NCBI GenBank assembly: GCA_008632985.1
Contig: QPGO01000120.1
Location: forward strand, 1-64,000
Length of the DNA: 64,000 nt
Reading direction: 5' to 3'
DNA from: Psammoneis japonica
Lineage: Eukaryota
Below, in pieces: positions 11,220 to 23,421 of this stretch (position 1 is its first letter; the number at the start of each line of letters is the position of its first letter). The translations under genes were made by a program, and so were the position numbers. The notes beneath the pieces are model-generated. The model was given only the letters and a program-made list of their open reading frames with translations. It did not search any database and was not told the DNA's origin.

Positions 11220-13175
11220 CTACGTCGCAGTCATCCCAGGCCGATTCATCATAATAATTGCCAAATGCCCATAGAATCTCTCAAAATCGAAACTGTTCTG
11301 ATCAGCCTGATTTCGAATGCTGATGCGATCTCCCTTCTTGATCTCCAACACCTCGTGAAAGAAATATTTAAGTCGAGAACTTCCGCCTTCGACGCGTTCG
11401 TTGGGTATCTTCGAAACGGCCAACTGGTCTTCGTTCAGAAACAGCGAACATCGGCAATCTCCACCGGTTGCTGGGACGTTTCCAATCACAATACACGGCG
11501 TTGGATCGTCCGTAAAAGAAGATGGAGAGGCCTCCAATGCAGAGTCGTCGTTCGAATTTTCGAAAATATGAAACAATGGCTCCAATACCTGGTCTCCCGT
11601 TGCCCTGGCGAAAGATAAAGAATGGGATGTTTCGGTATCAAGACGATATCGATCAACGCGGAGATCCGAAGAGAGCATAAGGAGGAACAAGTTCTGAGTT
11701 GGAAGCTTGCCAAACGCGACGGGAAGGGCGCCATGTGACGCCAGGTAGGACTCCTTGCTTCCGTTGTTTCCCACTGAGATGCGGGAATTGTTTTCGAGGA
11801 ACACAAGGTCATTAAGTGAGCCATAGTCGACAGTATCTGTATCGTGATCCCAATCATTGAACAAAAGTTTGTAGCAAATGCAACTACTGACTTGCAATGG
11901 ACGTCCACCTCGCGTTTCAACCTGCAAACGCACAGATTGTGACTCTGACTCGACCCACCCATCGCCTGGCTTGAAACTCGAGGCAATCCGGCCAAGTACA
12001 AGATGGTTTGCACTGTGATTATTACTGGATTCAATCATCGTCCCGCCCTTTACAAGCTTTGGGTCAAAGGTTGTGGGCGGAAAGTCAGTGTCGCTCTTTT
12101 CCCATGTGGCCACCGTGGGATGCTGGGGCGTTTTGTCGTTGATAATTCGATCATAACGAGCAAGCGTGTTTCCCTGTACTTTCACGAGTGTGACACGGTT
12201 CAAAGAATTTGGATGGATCCCCTCATGACTCTCCACAAGTGTGGAAATTTGCATACCATATTTGTTCGGTATTCTCACCTCCCCGTGCTCTATGTAAAGT
12301 ATGTCACCCTTTCGTAACGAGACGACCTCGGCTGCGGAAGCCGTGTACTGCAGGAAATAACTACCACCATCTTCGTTTTCACTAACTTGGCGGTCTTCTT
12401 TATCGCGTGGATCAAACACGCCACATCGGAGAATCGTGTGTGTCCAGTTATCGTGCGGCTCGGCATCGTGATTATTCGCTTTGAGCGTAAATCTACACAA
12501 CTTTGCAAATTCGTCATGACACTTTTCTACGTACCCAGAGCCAGGAGGCGGTGTTTCGCCTGCAACAGTAGCTAATCGAAAGAAGACAAGGTAAATTCCG
12601 CTTTCTTGAACTTCCATTCCCCAAGGAACTGACTTCTCTTTAGAGCCAACGGCTGTCAGCATATTTTGGTTTCCACCATGATATTCCCAGTTCCATCGCT
12701 GTCGAGTACCAGTGGCCGCGAACGAGACCCACTGATCAGACTGAAAGGTAACGGGCTCTTGACACAGGCCTAACTGTATGAGCTCTGAGCGAACCTCTGG
12801 AACCAAGAAATAATCTGCTTCCACCTCCAATCGATGGATTCTCAGTTTTGAATCTGCAATTTCTTGCAAAAACACCGAACCATAACGAAGATAAGAGAGC
12901 AAGTCGCGAAAGGCCGCGGGGTCGCGGTTCAGGTAGGTGCGATTTTCTTCATCCATGGGATTCAAGGGACTCCAAACATCCTTGAGCATACAACAAAGAG
13001 GCGAGCTCTCATCAAACTTTTCCAAGAGAGATTTTGGAAGGTTCACGCGTTCGCCGCCGTCATTGAGGTACAAAATCGGAGCTTGGGGATGAGAATCTGC
13101 AGCAGCTTTTAGCTTCTTGTTGTCGGAGCTCAAAGTACCGGTGGGCTCTCCTTCTCGTTTACCAGTCGACGCCAT
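11220..13175 (-). CDS. BTB/POZ (KCTD/T1-like) domain protein
   Basis: 651-aa ORF with N-terminal LNDGGE...LNRDPAAFRDLLSYLR...EADYFL motif; normal TA, CG and Tyr content. Confidence 0.85.
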   Translation of the reverse strand: MASTGKREGEPTGTLSSDNKKLKAAADSHPQAPILYLNDGGERVNLPKSLLEKFDESSPLCCMLKDVWSPLNPMDEENRTYLNRDPAAFRDLLSYLRYGSVFLQEIADSKLRIHRLEVEADYFLVPEVRSELIQLGLCQEPVTFQSDQWVSFAATGTRQRWNWEYHGGNQNMLTAVGSKEKSVPWGMEVQESGIYLVFFRLATVAGETPPPGSGYVEKCHDEFAKLCRFTLKANNHDAEPHDNWTHTILRCGVFDPRDKEDRQVSENEDGGSYFLQYTASAAEVVSLRKGDILYIEHGEVRIPNKYGMQISTLVESHEGIHPNSLNRVTLVKVQGNTLARYDRIINDKTPQHPTVATWEKSDTDFPPTTFDPKLVKGGTMIESSNNHSANHLVLGRIASSFKPGDGWVESESQSVRLQVETRGGRPLQVSSCICYKLLFNDWDHDTDTVDYGSLNDLVFLENNSRISVGNNGSKESYLASHGALPVAFGKLPTQNLFLLMLSSDLRVDRYRLDTETSHSLSFARATGDQVLEPLFHIFENSNDDSALEASPSSFTDDPTPCIVIGNVPATGGDCRCSLFLNEDQLAVSKIPNERVEGGSSRLKYFFHEVLEIKKGDRISIRNQADQNSFDFERFYGHLAIIMMNRPGMTAT

Positions 13176-13539
13176 ATCAGTATGACATCAAATGTCAGCA
13201 GTGTCCTTCTGATTTCTGATTGTGGGAAAAGAACAGAGAAAGAGTGATGAGAGACCACTGCTGAATCTACTTATTACTTGTAGCAACAACAGCTTTTTTG
13301 CCTCTTCTCTCCTCGAGATTTCCAGATTCGAGATCCTCGAGATCTTTCAAAAGAACCCGGATCTTCGTATCCACGGTTGGATCGAATCGTTCGACTCAAC
13401 ATCATGCGAACGAACCGCAATTTTTTGTTGGTCTGTCAGTTCCGTGATCATCCTGTCGCCATGCATGAGAGCTCATCTCGCCAAAGAGTGTGATCTTCTT
13501 CTTCTTCTTGCTCAACATTTTGGGATGGATCAGAAACCG

Positions 13540-15570
13540 TGATAAAGAAGCCTTGGTGATCAACACTCTGATCTGAGGAGCTGCCTCCCGAACTTTTGTG
13601 AAGAATGGCTTTGAAAGTGCACTTGACGTTGGGCACACTGGTGCTTTCCCAGAGGGGTCCAGTTTCCTTGCACAATTGTTTTGGCAAGGTTGATGAGGAT
13701 GGTCACCTTTGTGAGCAACAGATGGCCGCAGGCATCATGGCAAGTTTCTCTCTCGTCTCATCTCTGGCCTGCCCCCCCNNNNNNNNNNNNNNNNNNNNNN
13801 NNNNNNNNNNNNNNNNNNNNNNNNNNNNNNNNNNNNNNNNNNNNNNNNNNNNNNNNNNNNNNNGCAAGTGCCACACTGATGCCAGCCATCTCTTTGGTGT
13901 GCTTTTCCAATGATGAGGGCACAAATTCACAAATCATCAGCGGCGAAAATGGTGCTCGTCTCTGTGATGCTTGTTTCAAAAATGATTGTTTTGATGCCAC
14001 CAGCAATCCCTGTCCTGTGACTCATGTGTGTGACTTGTGGCATTGTGGCGAGAAAGTCAAGTGCTGTGTTGAATTGCAGTTGTGCATCTTGTGATGCAGT
14101 GTCATCTTTTGATGTTCTGGTGCAAGGTGTTGACATTCTGTTGTTCATGTCATTGGCACTTTGTGAGAGACATGGATTGAGCTGTGGATTGTGCAGTCAA
14201 CCTTGGCAACCAGTGCTGCTGACCAATCTGGGGTGCATCAGGAACCACTTCCCATGGATTGTGCACAATGGCTGGACTTGGAACTGGACAAAACACCTGG
14301 ACTGACAAGTCAAAAGGCCACCTTTTGGGAAGGCAGGCAAATGAACAATTTCCCCCCAAACAGCTTTCAGACAACACCTGCATGCAAAACTCCACACATG
14401 TCCAGGTTGTGGGTCCCTCTGCATTTGCTGGGTCCTGCGATGGAAGCACGCAGCAAGTGGGAATGAACATGATGAATGAACTCTGGGGCGTGCCCTTGAC
14501 GTGCATCTCAACATGGGGAAAATCCAAGAGGGAGGCCATGCAGTGGAGTTGAGGGATGCAATCAAAGTGAAACAGGATGACTGTCTCAAATGCGCTGCTC
14601 CTGTGCAGGCCAGCTGGCCATTTTTGAGAGTCCTGGCACTGCTCAGTCTCTCCCGGTGGAGTTTCCTGTTCAGGGACCATCAGTGGAGATGGGTGAATGG
14701 ATGCTTGTTCTGACTCACAAGACATTGAATGGTTTGAAAGTTTGGAAAGATGATGACAAATGCTGGGCTGGATCAACATTTGGCGGGGGGCTAACACCAG
14801 CAAACAAGAAGTTGAAAACATGCCGTTGCTTCCAACTGCAAAGAAAACCTTCTCCAGAGAAATGCAATGAAAACAATGTCATGGATGCAACCAAGATCCT
14901 TGCACAATTTGTAAAGGGTGTCACAGAAGTTCTGGATCATGAGGATCAAGAGAGAGCCAATGGCCAAATCGCGCCATCTGATTTGTTGCGGTGCAAGGAG
15001 AACTCAGACATGTGATTGCGAGCAACAAAAAAACATTCCTGTTGAGGCTCAAGGAACAGTTTTTGACTGATGGCAAAGTTGCCTCACCCATGCCAGCTGG
15101 CAGCAATCTGTCAAGGTTCAACCTGATGAAAGTCCACACACCCACAAACTGGATGGAGTTGATGGTGTCACTTTTCCCACGCTGCTGCTGCTTGCCATGA
15201 AGGCAGCCACCACTCAGTGTGGCCTCAACGACAGAGCAAAGATGGTTTCAAGCTCTTGTCAGCACCTGTGGCAATCCCAAGCCTGAGGAAGATCTGGCTG
15301 ATCAATGGGCCAGAGAGGCCCACAGAGACATGTCCGGTCTTCTTTGACCCATGGTTTGCGAGTCTGCAGATCAAAGATGACCACCCGCCTCCAAAGCCAA
15401 CCCGCTCTTTTTGCTCTTCAAAAGAATTTGCAAAAAGGAAAAGATTGCTTGCTCCCATGATTGTCAATGACATGAACTGCTTTTTGGTTTCCCAAACCAA
15501 AAACAACCGGACAAGTGCCAGCCTTCCAACAGCGCAGTTTGTCATTGCTTTTTGGCAACATCCTTTTTTT
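13540..15570. mobile_element. Degenerate repeat relic spanning an assembly gap
   Basis: TpA/CpG-depleted, CA/TG-rich, only Cys/His-rich spurious ORFs; family not identifiable. Confidence 0.45.
13779..13863. other. Assembly gap (N run)
   Basis: 85 Ns. Confidence 0.99.
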
Positions 15571-15779
15571 CCCTTACACACACATCCATCCGTTGCCCGA
15601 CCCTCCTTTCATGCTCATACTGTGGAATGTATTTCTAATGTATGGAGAAATCAAATTAGGTCATCCATAAAAATTAGTATTCGCAACTGGAGTATTCGAT
15701 TAGCACTCAACGGTCTTCTGGGCATCGCGGATTATTTCGCAAAGATCCCTTCATCTTCATCATTTTTCACACACTCAAC

Positions 15780-18700
15780 ATGACGTTGCTGGCCGCAACA
15801 AAGAATTGCACCAAAATGTTCTTGCGGTGTACCATTGTAGCACTTGTTTGTTTGTCATCGACTGCAGCACAAGAGCAACAACCTCTCGAATGCGGTTTAT
15901 ACTTGGCGGAATCGTCCATTCCCCATTCGGGTTGGGGCATGTACACGGGTATCCCTTTAAAAGATGGACAACGCATTGGACCGTCCGACGTTGTTGTGAA
16001 TGTTGCCGATTATAAAAAGCACGAGCATATCGGTAAACTTTTGGATAAACAAAATAACAAAGACATTCCAAGTTGGCTCATGCACGAATATTATTGGTTT
16101 TCACGTTGGCAGGGTGCAAGTTTTGAAGCGGAAAACATTGATACAATCATTGCTGGATTGGGCATGCTGGCCAACAGTCATACCGGTCTCGTCAATGCTT
16201 TGAATCGTGGTCCACGGAATCAAATTGGCGGCAACAAGAATCGCAGTAGTAATCCACAAGCGGGAGCCTTTACGTACAATACGGAATTGACCTTTCAAGC
16301 CAATCAGAATTTACCAGCGGGTATGGAACTCTTTGCCATGTACGGTGATGGATGGTTTGAAGAACGAAATGCAATTTTTGGAGATGATTTGCCTCTCAGT
16401 GGTGACTTTGAAATTGCTGACAAGTGGTTGCGTGATTATTTTAAAGGTGGATCACGACAAGAACATTGGCAAGCATGGCGTGATGAGATTCAAGACCGTG
16501 ACGATGTCAGTCCACGCATCAAACGAGCCCTGCCCAAATCCTATCAAGACGCTCATCATGTTTGGTTTCATCTCAAGGGTAGTACCGCCATGCATACCGT
16601 ACCCAATGTCATTCGATCCCAAGCGTGGTTGCAACAAAATGGATTGTGTCTCGATCACATGACAGTCAAGGAATCGACGATTGACGGTGCCGGCAAGGGT
16701 GCCTTTGCGTCTCGCAATTTACCCAAGGGCACAATCGTGACTCCCGCACCCTTGATTCATTTGCATCGTAGTCATTTGGATTTGTGGGTTGTCGATGAAC
16801 ACGATGAAGAAAAGGTTTATCATCGTGGTCATCAACTCTTGTACAATTATGTCTATGGCCATCTGTCGACATCCATGGTGTTTTATCCCTATGCACCCGC
16901 CACAAACACAATCAATCACGGAAGTAGCGAAAAGGCCAATGTCAAACTACGTTGGTCGTCTCGTCAATCACATCCGGAATGGTTGAATTGGACCACCACG
17001 AAAGTATTGGAAAACAATAAAAAAGCGGGACTCATGATGGAATTTGTTGCCACGAGGGATATTGCTGAGGGAGAGGAAATTTTAGTGGATTATGGTCACG
17101 ATTGGCAAGAAGCGTGGGACAAGCATGTTCAGGAATACAAGGCACCGACCAATTCACCACAAGACTACACCCCAGCAGCTGTCTTGAACAAGGAGCAACA
17201 CATTCGAACCAAAGACGAGCAGCCGCCATATCCCGCAAATGTCGAAACTCGGTGTTGGTTTGATGAATTGGAGGATCCAGCAGACGACACGAATGGAGAA
17301 TACACGTGGGTCGAATCGGATGATTTGGAATCCGACATGGTGTATTATCGTCACACGGATGAAACGGACGAGTGTACCGTGTTGGAACGACGAAATAATG
17401 ACAATACCTATACGGCACGCATTCGTTACAAGCCAGACGAAGACAAGGACGACGAGTGGTTGGAAAAGGTGGTTCGTGGTATACCACGTCAGGCCCTTGT
17501 CATTGTCGATTTGCCCTATACCAATGATTCGTATTTACGAAACGCCTTTCGTCATTACTTGGAATTACCGGATGACATGATTCCTCCTTCGTGGCGTGAT
17601 TTGGAACAAAAAAGCAAGGAAGAAAAAGATTTATCGTCGTCGTGTCAGTTGTATGTGGCGGAATCGTCCATTCCCAATGCAGGCATGGGAATGTACACGG
17701 CTGTGGAAATTCCAGAGAAAAGCGACATTTTCCATTCCGACGTTGTGGTACAAGTGGAAGATATCGAACTCAACCAAAAGTTGCGTCGATGGAAAGACAA
17801 AGAGTTTGGCAAAAACACGGAACCCGATTGGTTGATGCATAGCTATTACTGGGATCCCGACACGACGGGTGGAGAATTTGAGGCAGATGACGTACAATCC
17901 ATAGTGCCGGGTCTGGATATGCTTGCCAATAGCCACACGGGCTTGGTCAATGCCTTTATGCGTCCACCACACGTGGACACCATGGGAATGGATCGAAGTA
18001 AGGATCCGGGAACGGGTGCTTCCACAACCTATCATGGAGTAAGGTACACGGCGGAGAATAACATTCAGGCTGGAATGGAACTCTTTGTTCAATACGGAGA
18101 CACGTGGTTTAAAGACCGAGCCGAAAAGTTGGGTGTGATTCCCTTGAGTTATGATTTCAGAAACGCCGACAAGGTTTTGAGTAAATTTTGGGATCTCATT
18201 GACCACAATCCCAACACGGAATTCGCCAAGGACTTGTGGTCATTGCTCTGGTACAATGAGACGGATCCGAACGATGGCAATCGCGTCCGCTTGGCATTGC
18301 CCAGGGAGTTGTCCAAGGTAGAAGATGCGTTCACCCGAATGGCTCGAGGAGAATGGTGTCTGTCTTGACAATATCCGCCCCGACACGTCCACGCTCCCAC
18401 AGGCTGGAAAGGGAGCCTTTGCGACTCGTTTCATTGCACAGGGCAACATTATTGCTCCGTTACCCTTTGTTCAATTGCATCGTCGACACATGCAAGTGTA
18501 CGATAGTGACGACGTGGACGACAAGAATGTGGAACCGTACTACACGGGCCAACAGCTCTTGCTCAATTATTGTTATGGCCACCCCAAGTCAAACTTGTTG
18601 CTCTTTCCATACTCGCCCGTGACAAATTACCTGAATCATCATCACACGGAATTCAATGCCGAATTACGCTGGTCGTCCAAGCTGCCCAATCAGGCCGATT

Positions 18701-19335
18701 GGCTGGATCGACCGGTGGAGGAGCTCATGAACGAAAACCGCGCGGGTGTCATTATGGAAGTGGTTGCCACCCGCGACATTCAAGAGGGTGAAGAAGTGTT
18801 TTTGGATTATGGGCAGGAATGGGAGGATGCGTGGAATGCGCATTTGCAAAACTGGCAACCTCTTGATGACAATGAGGGGTATGTTTCGGCAGCCGAGCAC
18901 AATGACTTTTACGTTCCAGTCAAGACACTCGAAGAACAAGAAGCGGATCCATATCCCGAAAACTTTCAAACTATTTGTTATGTGGGCGATTTGGATGAAA
19001 AACAAACTCCGACGGGCGAACACAACAATGAGTACAACTGGGAATACTCTCCGCATATGTACATCACTGGAACGCAAGATGCCTATCGTTGTCAAGTGCT
19101 GCATCGTCATGGGGGCGATCCGTATCGAGCGGACACCACCGTTCCACCGCAAGATATGTACGTGGTTCGTGTGCATCGCACCCGTGATGACGATTGGATC
19201 GTAACGGACGTTCCGCGGCGAGCCATTGAGTTTGTGGATGACGAATACACGTCCGATATGTTTGTGCGAGCCGCGTTTCGACACGAAATTGGCATACCGG
19301 ACCATTTGTTTCCGCAAGCGTGGATGGATATGTGA
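15780..19335 (+). CDS. Signal-peptide-bearing multi-SET-domain protein (internally duplicated), split by a frameshift near 18330
   Basis: Hydrophobic N-terminus. Two copies of the module CxLYxAESSIPxxGxGMYT...MLANSH...ELFxxYG plus GKGAFA...NH...ATRDIxEGEExxxDYG. ORFs 15780-18368 and 18325-19335. Confidence 0.85.
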
Positions 19336-19584
19336 TGGAGGGATACTGTATGCGAACGTTACTAAACAAACTTGTTGTTACAGTTATGAGATCTTTTGCT
19401 ACTTGCTCGAAGTTGCGTCTTTCTCCAGAAATTCAGCACTTGAAAGTCTTTTGAAACCGATCGAGAGCTCTAAAACTATTTACCAATCTCGTTCAAAACT
19501 GAACGAGTGCTCCAACACTGTAGCCGTAGGAGCATTTTCTAAACACCAAAACCACATGACACAGGTTTCTCTCTTCTGCATGTT

Positions 19585-20736
19585 CTAATTCATCACTTCT
19601 TGCCCAAACGGCACCCCCATGATGGTGTCCAATCGCTTGGACGGTTGTCCCTTGTATTCGCCTTGTCGAATCCACACTTGACTAACAAACTTGGTATCGA
19701 CCGCCGGCAGTGCCGCATGCAAGGCCATTTTATCCAAGAGCCCATCAATGGTGGCTGGGAAAAACACCAGAGCCATGCCCTTGCGAGGCTGTACATTGAG
19801 ATCCAATAAGGGAAATCGTGTTTGACCTCCGTTGGCAACGTCATTGAGATAAATTAGCACGGTCACGGTCCGTTGTCCGCCATTGGTGGCAAACCGCAAT
19901 CCATCTTCCGTGGAAACATCAAAGGCATCAAAGTGTTGTAAATATTGTTGCGTCGGTTCGTACCGTCCCACTTGGGGCAATTCACACGTGTGCACGGGTT
20001 TGCCCGTGAGCACTGTCACTTTGCGCATCAGATCTGGAACATCCTCACGTGCTAAATAGCAAGTCGAGGAGGTTCGTGACGGCGAAATTTCGCCACTGCC
20101 CTTGCCCACCACGGGTGCGGGGGTGAAGGAATCGGATGCGGCCGCAATGAGAAAATCACACTCGTGCGGTGTCAAAAAATTCTCAACCGAAAAAATGGGA
20201 GGCGATCCGTGCACCATGGTGACGCCGGGATAGTTCGGATTGACGCCATTGTATATAGGAGGAACGAGTGGGCGGTCTTGAACCGTGAGAATAGGCTGAG
20301 GTTGTTGAATACGAATGGGTTGCTGCTGAGGTTGTTGAATAGTGGGCTGCTGAACTGTTGGAATAGGCTGTTGTGCTTCACTCGGCGGTGTACAAAATCC
20401 GGGAGGAATCAATACGGGATGGCCAGGAGTCCCATTCAGCAAGGACGCGGCAGCCAAGAGTTGTTGACTCTGAGCCGTGAAGGGATGAGGCATGAGATTG
20501 TGTGTCACGGGAGCGGCGGGTACTGGAAACTGGTTCGACGTAGAACCTGGTACTGCCGCTACGGCCGCCGATGGATGTATCATCGGCTCTTGTTGCATCG
20601 ATCCGTTGTTGTTATTGTTTGGTACAGTCAACGGAGACGGCGACTGTCGCGGTACTGCTGATTCACTGTCGACGCCGCTGCTTTGTGACTGTTGTGTGCC
20701 ATGCACAACGTTGCTGCCGCCGGTTACCCCCACCAT
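19585..20736 (-). CDS. Prolyl 4-hydroxylase-like 2OG-Fe(II) oxygenase
   Basis: RTSS, HFD, GQRTVTVLIYLNDV..GGQTRFP, distal His and K..SQVWIR motifs; low-complexity P/Q N-terminus. Confidence 0.92.
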   Translation of the reverse strand: MVGVTGGSNVVHGTQQSQSSGVDSESAVPRQSPSPLTVPNNNNNGSMQQEPMIHPSAAVAAVPGSTSNQFPVPAAPVTHNLMPHPFTAQSQQLLAAASLLNGTPGHPVLIPPGFCTPPSEAQQPIPTVQQPTIQQPQQQPIRIQQPQPILTVQDRPLVPPIYNGVNPNYPGVTMVHGSPPIFSVENFLTPHECDFLIAAASDSFTPAPVVGKGSGEISPSRTSSTCYLAREDVPDLMRKVTVLTGKPVHTCELPQVGRYEPTQQYLQHFDAFDVSTEDGLRFATNGGQRTVTVLIYLNDVANGGQTRFPLLDLNVQPRKGMALVFFPATIDGLLDKMALHAALPAVDTKFVSQVWIRQGEYKGQPSKRLDTIMGVPFGQEVMN

Positions 20737-21136
20737 CTTGAAACGTTAAAATTTTGACACGTGCACGAAATTTCACAACGGGAACTGGCGCGAGTAGGAT
20801 CTACGAACGCTGTCGTATGATTTCAACGCGCGCTTTTTGATTGGCTGGCATTATTTCTTGTTCAAAATTTCAAATATTGCAACGTGGCAACTTTGACGTC
20901 ATCTTCAACGTGATTGGTTGTTTCGGTTCGCATTTTCGTGAAAATTTTAAAACCTAATCATTGCGGAATAAAAATATAAAATTGAAAAGTAATTTGACAG
21001 AGGCGCTTGTGCTCTGTCGAACCTTTGAACGGCGCGCGAACGCGCACACTCGCGCTTTTCTTGCTTGCCGGCACTGAACTCTCCGCCAACCGATTTTCTT
21101 CACACACTCACTGCCCCAGATGCCCTCTCTAGTAGC

Positions 21137-22190
21137 TAGTGGTTATCCGTACAAATGCCATAATGTCATATATGGCATTTCTTTCTACGCCGGAACTGGT
21201 GCTGATTCTGCGCGCAATGCCACATAAAATGCCACATTTTGCACGTGAAAAAAGCGTGCCGGCGATTGATTCGTGGCCCCCGACTGCGACGAACTCATTT
21301 CTTGTGCATTCAGAAGCATTGGAATGCCATTTCCAGTCGGTTTTCCCTTGTGTGTTTCATGCGCCCCCATGCCCAGCGGTGTTTGACGCTTTGCTGTCAA
21401 CGGAAAAACAGCTGGGGTGGTCATCCGCACCCGCACAAATGCCATGTTTGCCCTGAATGTGGCATGAATGTGGCATTTTGATCCCAAATGCCACCACAAT
21501 TTTTCCAATGCTCCCCAGCTGTTTTTCCCTTTGACAGCAAAGCGTTGAACACTGCTGGGCATGGGGGCGCATGAAGTGCATGAGGGAAAACCGACTGGAG
21601 ACGCGTTCCAGCCCCAGGTGGGACTCCGTGTGACATTGGGCCCGTAGAATTCTACGTGCGAGCTCCGTAGTACGAGAATTTAATCAATGGACACATTTGT
21701 CTTCAACATCAAATAAACGGCCAAGTTTGTGGTGCAATTGTGCCTCTTGCCACTCGACGTTTTTGCAACTTCGCCTGCCCTGCGCGATTCTTAAGACATT
21801 AAAGAATCGCGCTGTAACAAAAAATGTCAAAAGTTGTTGGACGGATCGCTCAATGAGTGCACCGTAAAATGACACAAAATGTCGAAAAAATCACGTAGAA
21901 ATCTACGTGCGCGACATACGACGAGACTCAAAAAACTGTCGATGTCACAGTTCAGTGGTACGAGGTCCCACCTAGACCTGGAACACGTCTGGAAACGGCA
22001 CTCCAGGGCTTCTGAGTGCACAAGAAATGAGTTCGTCGCAGTCGGGGCGGGCCACGAATCAATCGCTGGTGCACTTTTTTCACGCGCAAAATGTGGCATT
22101 TTGCATGGCATCATGCAGAATCAGCACCAGTTCCGGCACAGAAGAAATGCCACACATGGCATCATGGCATTTGCGTGGGGACAACCACTG
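21137..22190. mobile_element. Non-autonomous foldback/TIR DNA element carrying a nested MITE
   Basis: Long inverted arms (TAGTGGTTATCCGTAC... versus ...GACAACCACTG); related to the MITE at 54236-54571. Confidence 0.85.
21600..21989. mobile_element. MITE (GACGCGTTCCAG TIR family), nested insertion
   Basis: TIRs GACGCGTTCCAG..AGGTGGGAC / GTCCCACCT..CTGGAACACGTC. TGGA is duplicated at both flanks and the host arm is reconstituted on removal. Confidence 0.88.
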
Positions 22191-22191
22191 G

Positions 22192-23155
22192 CAGTGTCCA
22201 GTCCACTGGGTTTTTTCCTCAATTGAGGCTGCAAAAAGCACCTCAATTGAGGCAGTCAAAACACACTGTGGACAGGGGGCAACATGCACCATTTTGGCAA
22301 ATGACACGACAGACAATGATGTCAATCTCATTGTGCAAAGCAGTCGCTGCAAGAACAATGAAGCCATTTCAATGCTCTCAACACCTTGCTCTGCATGCTC
22401 AATGTGGTCGCCTGTGCCCCACAAACATGTGATGCGAAAATGGCCCATCACATTCACAAAAAGCCCTTTGACACACTTTCAAAGACCGCATCGTCTTGCA
22501 CTTGGTGTGCTCCAATGCACCACGTGCTTGTTGTTGTTGACCGTTGCACTCTGATGACACAAATGGACACAAGGATTGGTGGTCTTGGTCGTTTGTCGCG
22601 ACAGCAATTCTGATGCTGTGATCACAAAAAATGCTCCTTTTGAAAGCTCTGCACACAATGCAGCAAGCTTCTCTTGCATGGAGAAGACACACTGCTGCGC
22701 ATGCAGAGTGCATTCACCATCGTTGCAGAGCTGAATTTTTGAGGTGCCATTTTTTGTGTTTTGTGCTTGAAGCCTCCTTTTCTTGACCATCGCTGCAATC
22801 TTGAGTCTCAGACTGCCATGACAAGGTTGCCCTTGTTGTGTTTAAAGGTGGATCGTTGAGAGAGTCCCAGAGTTTGTAAAACGGCGGTCGCATCATTGTC
22901 AAAGTGCGCCAAAATTCGCACATTTTTGGCATGCGCGTGTTTGCATGCCAACAAGGTGAAGAAGAAAATGTGTGGTCGAGTGCGAATGAAGAGCCGAGTT
23001 GTTGCCCCAAGAGGTTTTAAAGCGCATGCAGAACAACACTCTAATGGCTGTCACTTGAGGACTACGACGGTTTTAGCGATTTGGTGAGGGGGGTCGAAAA
23101 ACCACCTCAATTGAGGTTTTTACCTCAATTGAGGTGCTTGGTGGACCAGACACTA
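22192..23155. mobile_element. Non-autonomous TIR element with subterminal CCTCAATTGAGG palindromes
   Basis: Ends AGTGTCCAGTCCAC / GTGGACCAGACACT; two CCTCAATTGAGG copies near each end. Confidence 0.7.
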
Positions 23156-23421
23156 GCTGACCCCATCGACACAGCCCACTCTTCAGGAATGGAACCCACA
23201 ACACAAGCATGCAGGGCCCCACAGCATGTAACATTTATGATTTATCCTAAAGCAAGTGACGTCGAGTCTGTCCAGCGTTCACCAACCCCCCAACGCACAG
23301 ATTGACAGACTCTTTCTGTACAAATTCTATATCTACAGTATTTCTACACAAGATGATTCTTCAGTCAGCGGCGGCTGGTTGGAGACTTCCACCGCTCAAA
23401 CAAAAAGACACACCATGCCCA

